DNA of 64,000 bases from a virus. Location of the stretch: positions 256-64,255 of IMG/VR virus record IMGVR_UViG_3300028800_000012; one strand, 5' to 3'. The position numbers and the translations under genes were made by a program. The notes below the pieces were generated by a model. It was not told the origin of the DNA. It saw only the letters and a program-made list of their open reading frames with translations, and made no database searches. The first letter of the stretch is position 1, and each line of letters starts with the position of its first letter. Positions 8,795 through 17,931 of the stretch are shown here, piece by piece.

Positions 8795-9223
8795 CTACCC
8801 GACTGGCGCATTCCATTACTGGAAGCGTAGGCACCCGAACTCTTGAATAGGTGCGGCGATCCCGCCGGGAGTGAACAGGACCGCCGCAGGCAACTCCCCG
8901 GAGAACGCGAGGCACAAAGACGGGGGCCGCATTCGGACAGACGCATCCAGCCGGTCATTGCCAACACGCAATACAGGCGTCGGCTCTCAGGAGGATTATC
9001 GCTGTCCGATTAGGGGGCGGGCCAAAGGCTTAAGGTAAGGTCTATGCCTGATGTGGCGTGCCTTGCCCGCCGTTCGTGAAACTTGTCCTACGTGAATTGC
9101 GGCTGCGCTCATTCGCCAATTCGCAATTCATCACGTTAGGTACAGACTAAACTTGACCCCCGAAGAAATCAAGCATTAGTACATCGTTAGCGGCACTATT
9201 ATCAATTTACGCTACTGGTAGCG

Positions 9224-9478
9224 TTATTGCTCCGTCATTTTGATAATCTCGGCACAAGCAACTGACGCATTGCGCGCGTTTTCTCTGAGTTGCTGCATGG
9301 CCTCGTATGTCTCGGCTGAGATTTCATAGGTCGTCCAGCGGTGATTGCAGTCGAGACATGCGCGACGGCGGCGCAGGGGAGAATTGATGCCGCCACCGCT
9401 GGCGCGAGTTTCCAGTGGCTTGATTTTACTGCCGCGGCAATTCGGGCAGATGCGGGAGAAGGCGGGGAATGGGCGCAT
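9224..9478 (-). CDS. NrdR-type zinc-ribbon protein without an ATP-cone; candidate late regulator
   Basis: 84 aa. ICPNCRGSKIKPLETR...LRRRRACLDCNHRWTTYEI follows the NrdR N-terminal pattern CPxC...RRRRxCxxCxxRxTTxE. Confidence 0.6.
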   Translation of the reverse strand: MRPFPAFSRICPNCRGSKIKPLETRASGGGINSPLRRRRACLDCNHRWTTYEISAETYEAMQQLRENARNASVACAEIIKMTEQ

Positions 9479-9481
9479 GGT

Positions 9482-10219
9482 CTAGACAGCATCCTTCCAA
9501 AGCCAGATCGGCTCAGACGTGATGCTGGTTGTCGTGTTCGGCAGATACTTCCCGTCGATCTTGTCGGGGCGTACGTACTTCGCGAGGAAGTCCACGCGGC
9601 CCTCGCGCTCGACACGCCACACCGCGCCCTCCACGTCCTCTTTCGATCCGTGCTGCCCGTATTGCCCGAGCAGCGCCAGCGCGTTCTCAACGGACAGGGG
9701 CTCGGCGCTATCGCTAATCAGGTGCGCGGTCGGAATCTCGGCTACGGCGCACCGCTGCGCGAACTCGTCCCGAAGGATTCGCTTGCCCTCGCGGAAGATG
9801 TCGAAGGCGATGTAGGGCGCGAAGCGCGGATGCGCCGCGTCGTACAGCGTGCCGTGCGCCATCGCCATCCACTCACCGCAGATGCGCTCTCCAGGGTGCA
9901 GCAGATCGGCAAACACGATGCGGCGCTTCTTGACGTAGGGCGCGAAGGCTTTCAGGTGCTCATAAAGGGCGTCGGCCGCGCGATAGCCGGCGCGGGATAG
10001 GGCGACGATCTCCCCGTCGATGTTGGCAACCGACATGCACGCGCCGTCCAGCTTTTCCGTAACGACAATTCGGTCGCCCTTGCGTGGTTTCTCGCAGCAG
10101 ATGCGGGCCTGCCCTTCGTGTACGTGCCAGTCTCCGGGACCGAGACGCGAGTTCGGCAGATGGCCGATGGAGCCGTACGCTTTCGATTTCAGCGGTTTGG
10201 CTGGCTTCACATTCATCAC
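9482..10219 (-). CDS. RNA ligase-family nucleotidyltransferase
   Basis: 245 aa. Motif I is VTEKLDGACMSV (KxDG), motif IV-like is EGAVWRV, and motif V-like is FLAKYVRPDK. Confidence 0.65.
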   Translation of the reverse strand: MMNVKPAKPLKSKAYGSIGHLPNSRLGPGDWHVHEGQARICCEKPRKGDRIVVTEKLDGACMSVANIDGEIVALSRAGYRAADALYEHLKAFAPYVKKRRIVFADLLHPGERICGEWMAMAHGTLYDAAHPRFAPYIAFDIFREGKRILRDEFAQRCAVAEIPTAHLISDSAEPLSVENALALLGQYGQHGSKEDVEGAVWRVEREGRVDFLAKYVRPDKIDGKYLPNTTTSITSEPIWLWKDAV

Positions 10220-10884
10220 GCCGCCCTCCTGCTCGCCAGCCCGTACACTTCGGCCAATGTATCAAGGCATAGCCTGAGAAAGTCGGCGCACCTACTTAGG
10301 CCGTGCTTGGTCTCCCAGCCGATGTGCCGACCATATTCGACCACTGTCTTGCGCTCTCCAATGATGTACCGGGCGCAGATCAACCCACCATGCCCCGTGC
10401 TGGCCTTTAGAGCGGCGTCGGCGCGGGACAGCCGACCGAATGCTGCCATCACAGCATCGCTCAACGGATCGCCGAGCCTGCCGCCGTCTACGGCCGGACG
10501 GGAATAATCGATCGCTCTGCCGCCCCCGAGCATGGAGGTGTCGATATCGTCCCGGTATTTCAGTCCGGCCATGCACTGCAGATCGGTAATGCGGCCACGC
10601 ACGAACATAGTGCGGAGCGGGTCATCTCTGAGCGAGACGATAACAGATACTTTCGGCTGGCCGGGTGAGCGGAGTTCTGTCGCGGCGGCGCTCATGGGGC
10701 GGGAGTAGTCCCGCCGCTCTGCCGGCGCTTCCGCCGCAAACTCCCGAATCCCGAATGGATCGTCGACCGTGACAACTGCCACTTTGGCATTGAAGGGCAG
10801 GTCTTTGGCCCGGCGGTCATGCACCTGTGCCGATTTCTTTTTCGGCGATACCTTCGCCGCTTTCAGCTTCTTGCGCTTAGCCAT
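10216..10884 (-). CDS. hypothetical protein with a basic N-terminus
   Basis: The internal ATG at 10882-10884 (MAKRKKLKAAK...) was chosen because it overlaps the upstream stop by 8 nt. The longer track ORF has an Arg-rich, implausible leader. Confidence 0.5.
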   Translation of the reverse strand: MAKRKKLKAAKVSPKKKSAQVHDRRAKDLPFNAKVAVVTVDDPFGIREFAAEAPAERRDYSRPMSAAATELRSPGQPKVSVIVSLRDDPLRTMFVRGRITDLQCMAGLKYRDDIDTSMLGGGRAIDYSRPAVDGGRLGDPLSDAVMAAFGRLSRADAALKASTGHGGLICARYIIGERKTVVEYGRHIGWETKHGLSRCADFLRLCLDTLAEVYGLASRRAA

Positions 10885-11248
10885 TTTCCCGCTCCGCCAT
10901 ATTGAGCGGCGCACTCGCCGCCAACGCCGTCCTTGCCTTCGCCTGCTGCTGCCACCTCTGGATTTCTTCAAGTTCTGCCGGCGAGCATTTCACTTCAACA
11001 CCGCGCTCTCCGGTCGGTGGATTCACCATCTTGCGGAAATAGAGTTTTACGACCGGAAGTTCCAATGCCGTCTTTGGATACTCCCGATGCCGCATGAGTT
11101 CATGCATGGTCGGCGGCCCTGCGACTTCGGTGTGGTCCTCGCCGCGTCCTTCGAGAAAGGCTTGAATAGCGGATTTGACATCCGCCTCCGTGCCGATCAG
11201 CCAGCGCACAGGATCGGCGGCAAGAAGGCCCCAGGATTGCGCTGTCAT
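10877..11248 (-). CDS. hypothetical protein (123 aa)
   Basis: Track ORF, operon-coupled on both sides. Confidence 0.45.
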   Translation of the reverse strand: MTAQSWGLLAADPVRWLIGTEADVKSAIQAFLEGRGEDHTEVAGPPTMHELMRHREYPKTALELPVVKLYFRKMVNPPTGERGVEVKCSPAELEEIQRWQQQAKARTALAASAPLNMAERENG

Positions 11249-11556
11249 GCGGCTGCCTTTGTTTGATCCTTTGATGCGCGAATACGGTCTGCGACGATTT
11301 TCGCGTATCCTCCGATATCATCCCAATTATCGAGATATTCTCCGTCTCCGGTAACGATGCGGGAAATCTTCAATGCGATAAGGTCTAGCCCTTCCCGCAC
11401 ATCCACCGGCAAAGACTCCCACAACAATCCCTCATTATCCGGGTCTGGAATGTTTCGCATCGCTGCCTTAATATTCTGGGCGACGATGGCGTTATGCAGG
11501 AACGGTCCATAGACCGATCCGCGCTTCTTCGTGATTTCCGATACGATATCAGGCAC
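11245..11556 (-). CDS. hypothetical protein (103 aa)
   Basis: Track ORF, coupled to the dCMP deaminase gene. Confidence 0.45.
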   Translation of the reverse strand: MPDIVSEITKKRGSVYGPFLHNAIVAQNIKAAMRNIPDPDNEGLLWESLPVDVREGLDLIALKISRIVTGDGEYLDNWDDIGGYAKIVADRIRASKDQTKAAA

Positions 11557-11989
11557 CGATCAACTCCAATTCTACCCCAGCCTCCGCCAGAATTGCCGAT
11601 GCGGAGGCGAGGCTGTCTTTCCATCTCTCTTGAAGATGTGGCGGGCATGCTGGCGCGACACAGCGTTTAATGCCTGCCTGGATCATGTGCGCCGCGCACC
11701 TGTCGCATGACATGAACGGCCATGTGTAGAGCGTGAAGCCGTGCAACGGTTCTCGCGCCGCCAGGGCGGCGTTCATTTCGCAATGCACGGTGCGGATGTA
11801 TTTCATATTGCGGTCGGCGTAGAGTTCTTCCGCGTCAGAACAGCCGCGCGGGAAACCATTAAACCCGACACTCGCAATTGTGCGATCCAGACGCACAATA
11901 ACCGCGCCAGTCTGTGTGCTTGGGTCCTTCGACCATTGCGCTACGTGCTTCGCAAGATCAAGAAACCGAATATCCCATTTGTCGATCAT
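11549..11989 (-). CDS. dCMP deaminase
   Basis: 146 aa. HCEMNA zinc and catalytic motif, plus SCDRCA as a PCxxC variant. Confidence 0.8.
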   Translation of the reverse strand: MIDKWDIRFLDLAKHVAQWSKDPSTQTGAVIVRLDRTIASVGFNGFPRGCSDAEELYADRNMKYIRTVHCEMNAALAAREPLHGFTLYTWPFMSCDRCAAHMIQAGIKRCVAPACPPHLQERWKDSLASASAILAEAGVELELIGA

Positions 11990-11998
11990 ATGTGCGTC

Positions 11999-13390
11999 TC
12001 AGTAGAACCAGGTTTTGGACTCATCAAATCGTACCGTTCTGATGCCGCGCCCTTTCCTGTGCCTGTGCTTGGCGAGAAGGAATTCGGCCTTGCCTTCCCA
12101 GTACATGACATCGGCCTCATAATCCCCTTCGTGCTTCGCGCCTTGTGTCGGCTTGATATCGGCCAGAATAACGGATGGCCGATGCACAATCACAACCGCG
12201 TCCGCTTCGTTCTCCATCGCCGACGAGCCGTACAGGCTGCGCATGCTCGGGCGGCGAATGTCCTTGGCCGTCTTTACCTGCGACAAGTCCTGCCGCGCGA
12301 TGTGGCTCAATAAAATCCATGGCACGCCTAGCCGCTTCGCCATGTTCTTGTGATCGGAGACGATTTGTTCAAGCCTCACGCGCTCGTCGGCGCGGCCGTC
12401 ATTCGCCCGCACCTTGCGCATGTGATCCGTAATGAATAGGCGGACGCCGTATTTGGCCTGATCGCGCGATGCCCGAGTCAAGAGCGTTGAGGTCATCGGA
12501 GACGGCCGGTCGTCGACGTAGATCGGCAACTTGGAGAATCGCCGCTGCATCTCGATCAGGCGCTCCATCTCCGCATCGTTGAGATCGGCATCCTTGATCT
12601 TGTAAGCTGGAATTTCGGAAAAGCTCGCGAGCGCACGTTCGCCGAGTTCATCAGCTTGCATTTCGAGAGAAAAGATTTTGATCGGAATGGCTTTCTGCGC
12701 CAGCATAATGCAGAGCTGCAACGCGAGGCTCGTCTTGCCGCTGCCGGCTTCGCCGCCGATGACAATGAGATTCCCCGGACTGAGCGGCCCGACGAGTTCA
12801 TCGAACGCGTTCAGCCCCGTCTCTAGTCCGGCGGGCTTGTCAGACGTTCTGATTTCTCCGGCGCGGGTTACGACGCGGGACAGAACTCCGTTGAAGTCTA
12901 TTCCATCATCGCCGGGATCGGTGCCGACCAGTTGCAAGCGGCGCTGGGCGTCGGCAATGATTTCTGTGGAGCGGCCCAGCTCCGCATTGCGCATTTGATC
13001 CGAAAGCCATTCGGCTTCCTGGATGGCGTGCCGCCGTCGCGCCGCATCCAATACGGCATCAACAAAATCCTCTATTCCTCCTTCCGGCGCTTCGGCGATA
13101 AGAGCCGCGAGATAGGCAGGCAAGCTTATGTCATCGGCCTCACTGTCGCCGACAACGGACGGCACGAGTTGCTTCAATAGCGGAGAGCCGCGATCGGCGA
13201 GAACTCTTAGTGCCTTGAATACGGCCTTGTTGCGCGGCTCCACAAAATGCTCAACGGATAGCCTGTCAGCTACGTCATACCAAAGCCGACCGTCGCAGAG
13301 AATTTTTCCCAACACGCAGCGTTCCGCACTCGGGTTGGCGAGTGCCGGCGGCGGCGCATATTGTTCTTTCTTTTTTGCCGCGTAACTCAT
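11999..13390 (-). CDS. dnaB: replicative DNA helicase, DnaB-like
   Basis: 463 aa. Walker A IVIGGEAGSGKTSLALQL. DnaB-type N-terminus (ERCVLGKILCDG). Confidence 0.85.
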   Translation of the reverse strand: MSYAAKKKEQYAPPPALANPSAERCVLGKILCDGRLWYDVADRLSVEHFVEPRNKAVFKALRVLADRGSPLLKQLVPSVVGDSEADDISLPAYLAALIAEAPEGGIEDFVDAVLDAARRRHAIQEAEWLSDQMRNAELGRSTEIIADAQRRLQLVGTDPGDDGIDFNGVLSRVVTRAGEIRTSDKPAGLETGLNAFDELVGPLSPGNLIVIGGEAGSGKTSLALQLCIMLAQKAIPIKIFSLEMQADELGERALASFSEIPAYKIKDADLNDAEMERLIEMQRRFSKLPIYVDDRPSPMTSTLLTRASRDQAKYGVRLFITDHMRKVRANDGRADERVRLEQIVSDHKNMAKRLGVPWILLSHIARQDLSQVKTAKDIRRPSMRSLYGSSAMENEADAVVIVHRPSVILADIKPTQGAKHEGDYEADVMYWEGKAEFLLAKHRHRKGRGIRTVRFDESKTWFY

Positions 13391-14427
13391 GCTGCGTTTT
13401 CGACTTTCTTTGCCGCCATCAGCACGTCATTCCAATCACGCCCTAAGTCCGGCTGCTGTATCGTGACCTTGCGGCCTTCGCGCTCCAGCCTGACTTTCAA
13501 TTCTTGCGCCGCTGTCAGCCCCGGAGACGGCATCCATTGTGTCCGGCCATTCTTCGGGGATTTAGGCGGGTCAGCATCGGCGTACACATGCACGCATTCG
13601 ACTTCCGGCGGCAAGACAATCGATTTGAGTCCGGACGTACTGAGGCAGGCCCACACCGGCCATCCGCCGCCGACCAATTCGCGCACGGCAAGCGACGTTT
13701 CCAATCCCTCCGCCAGCCCGATCGTCGGCCATACTCCACCTATTCTGCATGCGCCACCCGCGACGTTGCCGAGCCCAAGCCGCGTTTTGCCGACCGGGGC
13801 CTTGCCGCTTCCATCAGGCTTGAGAAATATCCTCCAAATTCCCACGCCTTCGCCATCGGCATTGCTCACTCTGGCGACGACGGCAGGGAATGTGCCGCCG
13901 TCCGGATGCTTCAACCCAGGATGAAAACGCAATTGATCGTCGGCGACACTCGGATCGATGCCGCGCGAGCGCAAATACCGGAAGGCGATCTCGCCAAGCG
14001 GCCCTGACGATGCCCATATCCCCTTCGCAGTTTCCAGTCGGCGAGACTTGTCGTGCTCTAGTTCTTGCTCACGCTTACGGGCGGCTGCCTCGCTTTGCTT
14101 TCTGCACTTCTCCCGTTCCTGCGGCGACATTTTGGAAACTGTCTTGCCGATGATGAAGTGGCAGGCGTCCTTGAAGCCGATGCCCCTGACATGCATGACA
14201 AGGCCGATCTGGTGGCCGTTCTTCGGCTGGCAGCCGCGGCAGCCGTATTTATTTTTGGCGAAGTTGATCCAGAAGCGGTCTTTTCCACCACAGACAGGAC
14301 ACGGCCCCGCGACGGAATGCATGCCGTCTTTCTTCATATTCGGAATGCCGAGCATGGCGTAGACTTCGGCGATTGTTCTCGCCTTGGCTTCACGCATCCA
14401 GTCGGGTTCGGGGCCGGTGTATGTCAT
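13387..14427 (-). CDS. DNA primase (zinc-binding plus Toprim)
   Basis: The start is set at ATG 14425-14427 (MTYTGPEPDW), because the upstream part of the track ORF overlaps a better ORF in another frame. Zinc motif CPVCGGKDRFWINFAKNKYGCRGC. Toprim-like GLAEGLETSLAV. Confidence 0.7.
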   Translation of the reverse strand: MTYTGPEPDWMREAKARTIAEVYAMLGIPNMKKDGMHSVAGPCPVCGGKDRFWINFAKNKYGCRGCQPKNGHQIGLVMHVRGIGFKDACHFIIGKTVSKMSPQEREKCRKQSEAAARKREQELEHDKSRRLETAKGIWASSGPLGEIAFRYLRSRGIDPSVADDQLRFHPGLKHPDGGTFPAVVARVSNADGEGVGIWRIFLKPDGSGKAPVGKTRLGLGNVAGGACRIGGVWPTIGLAEGLETSLAVRELVGGGWPVWACLSTSGLKSIVLPPEVECVHVYADADPPKSPKNGRTQWMPSPGLTAAQELKVRLEREGRKVTIQQPDLGRDWNDVLMAAKKVENAA

Positions 14428-14459
14428 TTTGTTGTGCGATGACTCACCGCGTTGACATT

Positions 14460-14816
14460 TCAAAGATGGAACGCTCGCTTCGCGATCCAGAGGTCCGGGT
14501 GCGAGATAGTCGTCCACGTCCACGGGTCGATCCACGACCAAACGCCGATACAGAACGGGATCAGGCCAATCAGTCCGATAAGAACCGCGCCGGCATACGC
14601 CAGTTCGGAATCCGAGTATGGGCCTCGGTCGGCGTCTCCTGCCTTCCGCCAAATCCAACGGGCGAGGAGCATCAAAGCAATCCCGATGCAGACCGTCATA
14701 AACCCTGAGACGAGCTGAGAGATCGCCTCCATCCGGGCGGCGGACTTAGCGGCGTCCGCGACGGCGGGGCCGTACTTCTCCGCTAGATCGGCAAAGCGTT
14801 TTGCGAGTTCGTCCAC
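14460..14816 (-). CDS. membrane protein (118 aa)
   Basis: Two or three hydrophobic segments (FMTVCIGIALMLLARWIW, AVLIGLIGLIPFCIGVWSWI). Confidence 0.45.
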   Translation of the reverse strand: MDELAKRFADLAEKYGPAVADAAKSAARMEAISQLVSGFMTVCIGIALMLLARWIWRKAGDADRGPYSDSELAYAGAVLIGLIGLIPFCIGVWSWIDPWTWTTISHPDLWIAKRAFHL

Positions 14817-14857
14817 ATCGGCCCCCTATATGCTTTAGATCGCGTTCATTTCTCGTT

Positions 14858-15235
14858 TCAGGCGCTTTCCAATTCCAGCGTTACCGGATCGCACAGAACG
14901 ACCATCTTCTTTTGCGCTTTGAAGTCGGCAATCTCGCCGCACACGCCATCCGATTCTTGCCACCCTTCGAATTTAGCAACCACACAGCCGCCGCACGTTT
15001 CGATGAACGGAAGATTGAACTTGCGCCAGAACTTCGCGTTGGCGGTCGGAAGGTCGCCATGCGTCGTCATGCCGTGAAAGTGCGCGATCGGAGAAAAGAT
15101 GACGGTCTTGTACCGACGATGCAGTTGCGCCGATAACCGGCACGCATCCAGATACGCGCCGACGTGCCCGCGTACATAATGCGTATATGGCTGGGCGAGA
15201 TAGATCGGCGCCCGCATGGACGTGAGGCCGCTCAT
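14858..15235 (-). CDS. DUF1937-like (nucleoside 2-deoxyribosyltransferase-like) protein
   Basis: Start at ATG 15233-15235. The pattern IYLAQPYTHY...VIFSPIAHFHGM...GWQESDGVCGEIADFKAQKKMVV resembles DUF1937. Confidence 0.5.
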   Translation of the reverse strand: MSGLTSMRAPIYLAQPYTHYVRGHVGAYLDACRLSAQLHRRYKTVIFSPIAHFHGMTTHGDLPTANAKFWRKFNLPFIETCGGCVVAKFEGWQESDGVCGEIADFKAQKKMVVLCDPVTLELESA

Positions 15236-15447
15236 GCCGCCTCCGCCGACCACTTGCCGGGAGAAAAACATACTTCGCAATGCTCCCGGCAATAACTGTA
15301 GTTTTTGAACGTCTGAGCTCCGCAGAACCGCGACTCTCCATTCCACCGATCAATGATATAGCGGCAATCCCGCATGCCGAGATCGAATAGCCGCACGCCA
15401 GCCGGGCCTTCCATGAAATCGAAACCTGCGAAACTTAACTGTTGCAT
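15232..15447 (-). CDS. GcrA C-terminal-domain-like protein (71 aa)
   Basis: LFDLGMRDCRYIIDRWNGESRFCGAQTFKNYSYCREHCEVCF resembles the GcrA C-terminal pattern L..L...CRWPIG.....FCG......YC..H. Confidence 0.55.
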   Translation of the reverse strand: MQQLSFAGFDFMEGPAGVRLFDLGMRDCRYIIDRWNGESRFCGAQTFKNYSYCREHCEVCFSPGKWSAEAA

Positions 15448-15486
15448 GGATCGGCAACTGTAGCGCCGTGTGGATGAGATTTTAAC

Positions 15487-16047
15487 TTAGCGCGCTTCGT
15501 GTTCGGAACGAAGCGCATTCAGCTTTTGATAAAGCGCACTACGATGAAACGGCGGATCGCCAAGTAGTGACGCCGCCGAGAACCTATCCACCGACAAGGC
15601 CAGCTCGCGCTCTGCCCAGACATGCGCCGGCACATCGATCCGATCCGGATCGAGAAACCCATAGAGCTGCAACGGGATGGCTTTCTTGCGCTCGATCTCT
15701 TGCGGCCGGAATACGCGGTCCAACTGCACCCGCTGAATGCCCATCTGCTTGGCGACGGTGCCCCAATCCAGATTGCCGTTTTTATTGCCAGTGGCGCGGA
15801 GATACTTGGCCTGTTCGATCTGCTCCGGAGTCAAATCTGGCGCGCGGTTGAACCCATAACGCCGCTTCAATGCCGGCGGCGCCTGTTTAAAAAACCGATG
15901 CTGACATGCCGATCTACTCCGCCCTGGGAATATCGACGCCACCCGGCCCCACTCTGGCCCGAACTTGCGTACTGCTGCTAATAATCGCCATGTCTCTTTC
16001 TTTGACCATTTCGGCGACGCGGGTCTAGAACTGCCAATTGTCGTCAT
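15487..16047 (-). CDS. Myb/SANT-like or GcrA-N-terminal-like DNA-binding protein
   Basis: 186 aa. The segment WSKKETWRLLAAVRKFGPEWGRVASIFPGRSRSACQHRF has W-x2-E...G...IA...G-RSR spacing, as in Myb/SANT and GcrA N-terminal domains. Confidence 0.5.
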   Translation of the reverse strand: MTTIGSSRPASPKWSKKETWRLLAAVRKFGPEWGRVASIFPGRSRSACQHRFFKQAPPALKRRYGFNRAPDLTPEQIEQAKYLRATGNKNGNLDWGTVAKQMGIQRVQLDRVFRPQEIERKKAIPLQLYGFLDPDRIDVPAHVWAERELALSVDRFSAASLLGDPPFHRSALYQKLNALRSEHEAR

Positions 16048-16057
16048 TGCTCACCCT

Positions 16058-16591
16058 CTATGCAGCACGTAAAAGCGGCATTGACAGCACCGCGTAATCC
16101 GGATCGAGCCGACACCGAATCGTATCAAGAATTGCTAATGCGTCGGCAGCGTTGTCGTTTTTTGGCTCATAGCCGCGCGCCCGGCACTCATCCACACAGC
16201 GGCGCTTGAGCCAAACCCGGCGCTTGTTCTTGTCGGTGATTGTTTTCGGCGCGCGTGTGACTCCAAGGAAATGCGACCGCCATGTTACTTCCGCCACCGG
16301 CCAGAGATTCAGTCGCCGCCGCGCGACGATCTCATGCACCCTGAGATAGCAGCCCTGGAGCCAGACTGTTGTGTCGATATTGGTTGCTCCATGGATCGGC
16401 ACCGGCGGCTCTACGGCCAGATCGGTTATTTCATATTTTCCGATGATGCCGTTGAGCCAGTCTGAGAATGCGGCAGCCTTATCGCCCATTGTGCCGATGA
16501 ATTTGACAGAGCCGTACTCCCCGCCGGTTTCTCCGCCGATCCATGTTGCCCACCCAGTACAGGAAGCGATGTCGAGCGCGACGACTTTCAT
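16058..16591 (-). CDS. RuvC-like Holliday junction resolvase
   Basis: Start at ATG 16589-16591. Acidic residues are in RuvC order: MKVVALDIASCTGWA, DLAVEPP, NDNAADALAIL. Confidence 0.7.
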   Translation of the reverse strand: MKVVALDIASCTGWATWIGGETGGEYGSVKFIGTMGDKAAAFSDWLNGIIGKYEITDLAVEPPVPIHGATNIDTTVWLQGCYLRVHEIVARRRLNLWPVAEVTWRSHFLGVTRAPKTITDKNKRRVWLKRRCVDECRARGYEPKNDNAADALAILDTIRCRLDPDYAVLSMPLLRAA

Positions 16592-16845
16592 TGCGCTGTT
16601 GTACCCGCCTTCGGAGTTATCAACGGTTCGGCTAAACTGTCGGCAATTTTCTGAAAGCAGTCGTAGGCACCCTTCTCGCCGACCAACAGCCGCGCATAGA
16701 CGCTCATTCCAGCAAGCGCGGCGCCGAGCCACGCAGCCGACACTTCCTTGCCGAAATGCTTTTCGATTTCGGCCGGCGCATGCACGCCGAACCGCAAGCC
16801 GTTCTCGACGATTTGTTCTTTCGTCAGCGGCACCGTAATCCCCAA
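16588..16845 (-). CDS. hypothetical protein (85 aa)
   Basis: Track ORF. Its stop overlaps the RuvC-like start. Confidence 0.4.
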   Translation of the reverse strand: MGITVPLTKEQIVENGLRFGVHAPAEIEKHFGKEVSAAWLGAALAGMSVYARLLVGEKGAYDCFQKIADSLAEPLITPKAGTTAQ

Positions 16846-16896
16846 CTGATGCCGATGGCGCGCGTGAGGCCGCGCCGGTCCTAAGCGGCTGTACTG

Positions 16897-17082
16897 CTAC
16901 ACAAGCCCGACGATGCGGGCCGCGATGTAGGCGGCAAATGAACTTGCCGGCATCGCAATAAGGAAGAACATCGTCTCCGCTTCATGCTGGCTTTGCGGAG
17001 AATTGCGCGCGAGCCCGTATAGGCCGCCGCAGAAGATAATCGCCGCTAGAATCCAGATCGGCGCCGATATGAACCACCACAT
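16897..17082 (-). CDS. small membrane protein (61 aa)
   Basis: Two hydrophobic helices (WWFISAPIWILAAIIFCGGLYGL, MFFLIAMPASSFAAYIAARIVGL). Confidence 0.4.
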   Translation of the reverse strand: MWWFISAPIWILAAIIFCGGLYGLARNSPQSQHEAETMFFLIAMPASSFAAYIAARIVGLV

Positions 17083-17094
17083 TTGAACGTTCCC

Positions 17095-17586
17095 CTACTT
17101 CCCCGCCGCAATAACGCCGTGCATGTCGTGCTTGATCGCCGACGTGACCAATTCCAATTCGTCGGCCTCTTTGAGAACTTCCCTAGCCTCACGCGGCGTG
17201 ACCTGCCCGTCCGCCGCCGATTCCAAAATCTTGGCTACCATCTCGCCGCCTTCACGCGCCGCATAACCGGCTTTGACCGACAGACCGGAAACGATTGCCG
17301 CCGAATGCAGCGGCACAAGATCAAAGCCAAGCAGCCGCGCATAGGTGCGCAAAATCGTATGGTCGCCGGTCATGGTATCAAGATCGAGTGCCACATCGAG
17401 CGGCAGGAAATTGTTTTCGCGCGGATTGCCGGCACGTGAGATCGTCCCCGCGTCGAGCCGGGTCCGCTTCGCCACACAGCCGAGCGATTGCCCTGCCAGT
17501 TCGGCGGCGAGCTTGGTTGCCGTTTTCAGCGCCAGATAGTCGGCACTGGAATGAGGCCGCGTCGTCCGTTCCTTCACGTCAAGCAT
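17095..17586 (-). CDS. CII-like regulatory protein (phage 186/CP76 type)
   Basis: 163 aa. It occupies the position after the cro-like gene. It has an HTH-like segment and a C-terminal DGQVTPREAREVLKEADE pattern. Confidence 0.45.
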   Translation of the reverse strand: MLDVKERTTRPHSSADYLALKTATKLAAELAGQSLGCVAKRTRLDAGTISRAGNPRENNFLPLDVALDLDTMTGDHTILRTYARLLGFDLVPLHSAAIVSGLSVKAGYAAREGGEMVAKILESAADGQVTPREAREVLKEADELELVTSAIKHDMHGVIAAGK

Positions 17587-17616
17587 AACTTCCCCCCTAC
17601 CCCATTCTTGCTTTGT

Positions 17617-17931
17617 TCAAGTTCCGAATTGAATGGCGCGTTGCTGCGATGCCGTACACACTCGGCGCACTGCCGTAACGAGTGTCGCCGCCATGCGTAC
17701 CGAATTAAAAAAAGCCGGGGTCACTTCCGCCCGAATGCGGGAGCGCCCCGGCATAGTTGCCGCGCCGTACAGGGAGGAATCGCCGACTGAGCGAGACGCG
17801 GGGTTGCGGCACATCGGCGAGATCGCCGACGCAATCGTGCAAGGGTTGGTCCGGCGGCGGAACGCGATACCGTCAACGCCGCCGAGCCAATCCAGCGAAC
17901 CGGATGCGAGTTGAGGAGCCGGACTGGTCAT
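17617..17931 (-). CDS. hypothetical protein (104 aa)
   Basis: Its start overlaps the cro-like stop. Competing plus-strand ORF 17633-17914 was judged less likely from the operon context. Confidence 0.3.
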   Translation of the reverse strand: MTSPAPQLASGSLDWLGGVDGIAFRRRTNPCTIASAISPMCRNPASRSVGDSSLYGAATMPGRSRIRAEVTPAFFNSVRMAATLVTAVRRVCTASQQRAIQFGT

